From Nitrosopumilus sp. (GTDB taxonomy: Archaea > Thermoproteota > Nitrososphaeria > Nitrososphaerales > Nitrosopumilaceae): a DNA stretch of 64,000 nt. The stretch covers positions 672,001 through 736,000 of the forward strand of contig OZ242220.1 in assembly GCA_965206745.1 (NCBI GenBank), written 5' to 3'. A program made the position numbers and the translations under genes. This document shows, in pieces, positions 61,015 through 64,000 of this stretch. Position 1 is the first letter of the stretch, and each line of letters opens with the position of its first letter. A model generated the notes under the pieces. The model saw only the letters and a program-made list of their open reading frames with translations. It made no database searches and was not told where the DNA came from.

Positions 61015-61416
61015 ATGATGAGCCGAGAAGATTTTGACTATTCCTCAATTCTCATCCAAGACATAATGGCCAGGACCCTTATCACCGTAAACAAATCTAC
61101 CACTGCATTGCAAATCGCAAAGATGATGGAGCAGGGAGGAATTGGTACAGTCATTGTAAAGGAAGGCGAAAATCCTGTGGGAATCGTAACTGATAGGGAT
61201 TTTGCAACAAAAATTGCCGCAAATAATCTATCCTTTGATACTCCTGTAGAAAAAATAATGTCCACACCACTAATCACGATAAACCACAATGAGCCAATAT
61301 CTGCAGCTGCTCAAAGAATGACTAGCAAAAAAATCAGAAAGCTTGCAGTTACTGAAAACGGCAAAATTGTTGGAATTATCACATCGACTGATCTGGTCAC
61401 ACAACTGGCAAAATAA
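61015..61416 (+). CDS. CBS-domain protein
   Basis: DIM, GIVTDRD, IM, GIIT..D. Confidence 0.9.
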   Translation: MMSREDFDYSSILIQDIMARTLITVNKSTTALQIAKMMEQGGIGTVIVKEGENPVGIVTDRDFATKIAANNLSFDTPVEKIMSTPLITINHNEPISAAAQRMTSKKIRKLAVTENGKIVGIITSTDLVTQLAK

Positions 61417-61831
61417 CTAGAATGTTTTTACTTTTCCAAGAAATATTGTAACTGTTACCCCATGACACGCTGTTGCAATAACCTCTGAAATTAATAATGC
61501 TAAGTATGGTTCTGTTCCAATCTCAAGAAAATAGTACAAGTAGGCCATTCTTATTCTGAGATAAATCATCTCTCATACGCCAAAAAGTAAGATATTTGCC
61601 AACAGTTTTTTTTAAATTAGATTCTCTCTCATCTTGCATCCATCTTTGTTATCTGGATAAAACAGTGCTGAAAAAAATTCCAAAATAAATTACGTATCCT
61701 ATGATTGTGGTGGCCGTCGTGTTGAGATGATTTTTCTGTTCCCCTGATAGTCAGGTGGCAACTGCTGCTGAGATCACAAAACAAATTAGAAAATTTCTGC
61801 TGATCTGCAATTACTGTGGATTTAATTTCAT
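61417..61831 (-). pseudogene. pseudogene of a ~135-aa multi-TM membrane protein
   Basis: MKLNPQ*LQISRNFLICFVISAAVAT*..YVIYFGIF/SALFYPDNK..I*KK..GV*EMIYLRIR..YYFLEIGTEPYLA..; 4 stops and a frameshift in a T7 run. Confidence 0.65.
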
Positions 61832-61881
61832 ATTGTATCCCTTTGGTAACTGTTATTTTGAATCATCTCATAAATCAAATC

Positions 61882-62436
61882 GTGAAAAAGAGATGTCTTT
61901 GGGCTAAGGATGAGCCAAATATTACATATCATGATGAAGAATGGGGTGTTCCACAACATGCCGATCAAAAATTATTTGAGTTTTTAATATTGGAAGGTGC
62001 CCAAGCTGGTCTGTCTTGGACTACCATTCTCAAACGCAGGGAAGGATACCGCAAGGCCTTTTCTGATTTTGACGCTCAAAAAGTCTCAAAGTACACCCAA
62101 AAGCACGTGGAGGGACTACTCCAGAACGAATCGATAATTCGTAATCGGCTAAAAATCAACTCTGCAATCAATAACGCAAAACAATTCTTAAAGATCCAAG
62201 ATGAGTTTGGAACCTTTGATGAGTACTTGTGGGGCTTTGTCAGTCACAAGCCTATCAAGAACAGATTCAAGAAACATTCCCAGCTGCCTGCATCTACTGA
62301 GATTTCAGAAAAATTGAGCAAAGATCTCAAAAAACGGGGGTTTAGTTTTGTCGGGCCCACGATTTGCTACGCATTTATGCAATCTATGGGAATGGTAAAC
62401 GATCATATTTTTGGGTGCTTTTTGTATCAAAAATAA
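61882..62436 (+). CDS. tag: DNA-3-methyladenine glycosylase I
   Basis: RC.W, YHD.EWG, LE..QAGLSW..IL, FVGPT..YA.MQ, NDH...C. Confidence 0.93.
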   Translation: MKKRCLWAKDEPNITYHDEEWGVPQHADQKLFEFLILEGAQAGLSWTTILKRREGYRKAFSDFDAQKVSKYTQKHVEGLLQNESIIRNRLKINSAINNAKQFLKIQDEFGTFDEYLWGFVSHKPIKNRFKKHSQLPASTEISEKLSKDLKKRGFSFVGPTICYAFMQSMGMVNDHIFGCFLYQK

Positions 62437-62464
62437 TTTTAAGTGAGATTAATTTGGATTAATC

Positions 62465-62836
62465 ATGGCTGAGGGAAAATTTGCAACATCTGTTGCATGC
62501 ATGGATGGAAGGATTCAGATACCTTTGACAAACTGGATCAAGGAAAGGTATTCTGTTGATTTTGTTGACACTATTACGGAACCTGGTATCGACAAAATTA
62601 TATCTGGAAACACAGATCTCGACTCCATCAAAAGTAAGATAAACATCTCAATTAATGCACACGGGTCTGAACTGATTGTGGTTTCAGGCCACTATGACTG
62701 TGCTGGAAATCCGGTGTCTGACGAAGATCACATTACACAAATAAAAAAAAGTGTCAAAGTCATCTCTTCATCGAATCCAAACGTGACTGTTGTCGGTGTT
62801 TGGGTGGATGACAACTGGGCTGTAAATGTAATTTAA
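62465..62836 (+). CDS. putative beta-type carbonic anhydrase-like protein
   Basis: CMDGR and HYDC zinc-ligand motifs. Confidence 0.7.
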   Translation: MAEGKFATSVACMDGRIQIPLTNWIKERYSVDFVDTITEPGIDKIISGNTDLDSIKSKINISINAHGSELIVVSGHYDCAGNPVSDEDHITQIKKSVKVISSSNPNVTVVGVWVDDNWAVNVI

Positions 62837-62853
62837 CTTTGAATCTGGTGGAC

Positions 62854-64000
62854 ATGCAACTATCCAGATTTTCAAAGACTGCAGGTCCCGGAATCTTGTT
62901 TGCATGCACTGCAATTGGCGTTTCACATCTAGTTCAGTCTACTAGGGCCGGTGCCGATTTTGGAGTGCTGATACTGGGATTTGTGATTTTGGTGACTTTG
63001 CTGAAATATCCTTTCTTTGAATACGGTTCCAGATATGCCAACTCCACCCAGACTAGTATTATTGACGGATACAGGAGGCTTGGCAAGCCTGTACTGTGGC
63101 TGTATTTTCTACTAACCATCGCATCGATGTTTTTTGTAACAGGCGCTGTCGGGTTTGTCACTGCTGGTTTTTTTGAAAATCTGTTTGGCATTGATTTTCT
63201 TGGGGAATGGACCGTGGTGATATTGTTTGCAGTATGTGTATCGATTCTGGCTATAGGAAAATACAATGTATTGGACAGTATGGTAAAGATCATCGCTATT
63301 GTCTTGCTGGCATCTACGGTATCTGCATTTCTGCTTGCAATGTATAATGGACCAATTGAGCAAATCCCGGGATTTGAGCCAAAAGAACTTTGGGAAATTT
63401 CCGGAATATTCTTCCTACTTGCATTGATGGGCTGGATGCCTACTGCCATAGATCTCTCTGCCTGGAATAGTCTATGGACTTTGGAGAGGATGAAGCAAAC
63501 ACGATACAGGCCCACACTGAAAGAAACTCTGTTTGAATTTCGCCTGGCTTATTTGATTACCGGCGTGCTTGCAATAATGTTTGTTGTATTGGGGGCATTC
63601 ATCTTTTACGGCTCTGGGGATGAACTTCCAAACAACAACTCTCTTTTTGCACACAAGGTAGTGACATTGTACACTGAAACAATAGGTGATTGGAGCTATA
63701 TCGTAATTGCCGCCTCTGCATTTACTGTGATGTTTGGGACGATTATTGCAGTCTTTGACGGATATTCTAGATCATTACAAAAAACAGTCGAATTGATCTT
63801 TACCAAAAATGAAGAGAAGATACGCACAAAATTCCGTACCCTTTACAATGCCTTTCTAATCCTGTTGGCAGGTGGGGCATTTGTAATCATTACTCAATTT
63901 GCAAATAATCTAAAAGAACTAGTTGATTTTGCAACCGTCTTGTCGTTTGTCATTGCACCGATAATTGCGATCTTTAATTTCAGATTGGTCACTGGCAACT
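62854..64000 (+). CDS. NRAMP-like divalent metal transporter (3'-truncated; not in the ORF track)
   Basis: MQLSRFSKTAGPGILFACTAIGVSHLVQSTRAGA..KYPFFEYG..GWMP; frame runs to the window end. Confidence 0.85.
   Translation, partial: MQLSRFSKTAGPGILFACTAIGVSHLVQSTRAGADFGVLILGFVILVTLLKYPFFEYGSRYANSTQTSIIDGYRRLGKPVLWLYFLLTIASMFFVTGAVGFVTAGFFENLFGIDFLGEWTVVILFAVCVSILAIGKYNVLDSMVKIIAIVLLASTVSAFLLAMYNGPIEQIPGFEPKELWEISGIFFLLALMGWMPTAIDLSAWNSLWTLERMKQTRYRPTLKETLFEFRLAYLITGVLAIMFVVLGAFIFYGSGDELPNNNSLFAHKVVTLYTETIGDWSYIVIAASAFTVMFGTIIAVFDGYSRSLQKTVELIFTKNEEKIRTKFRTLYNAFLILLAGGAFVIITQFANNLKELVDFATVLSFVIAPIIAIFNFRLVTGN

Noticed and set aside
61690-61822. Apparent G-U-rich fold-back
   Set aside because: Better explained as part of the minus-strand pseudogene
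62934-63515. 193-aa minus-strand ORF in the track
   Set aside because: Antisense shadow of the NRAMP-like gene on the + strand
1-64000. CRISPR array, cas genes, provirus, rRNA
   Set aside because: All tandem repeats are in-frame coding repeats without unique spacers; no integrase, capsid or rRNA signature; the PD-(D/E)XK domain is helicase-fused and lacks Cas4 cysteines

Overview
Archaeal chromosomal DNA, most likely from a Nitrosopumilus-like ammonia-oxidising archaeon (Nitrososphaerota/Thaumarchaeota). The assignment rests on the archaeal information genes, the futalosine and DKFP-type shikimate pathways and thaumarchaeal-type hypothetical proteins. Left end (1-10.2 kb): a DNA-processing block with the tail of a Vsr-like helicase gene, a UvrD helicase fused to a PD-(D/E)XK nuclease, and nurA-herA-mre11-rad50. 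The middle is housekeeping: NAD synthesis, rpo7/spt4, hppA, scpAB, aIF-1A, aIF-5A, SRP54, Pus10, ribosomal proteins, thiamine, the full aromatic amino-acid cluster and mqnC/ubiD. There are two tRNAs (Tyr with intron, Arg). Features missing from the ORF track include two box C/D sRNAs (one predicted to guide Cm34 of tRNA-Met CAU), several microproteins, an IS4/ISH3-type transposase relic, a multiply disrupted membrane-protein pseudogene and a ~130-nt rod-like fold-back. The most intriguing locus is 53.8-56.2 kb: two paralogous disordered proteins with repeated GTLPKG motifs and a 405-bp identical core, flanked by Cys-rich proteins. All calls come from reading motifs by eye; no database searches were run.
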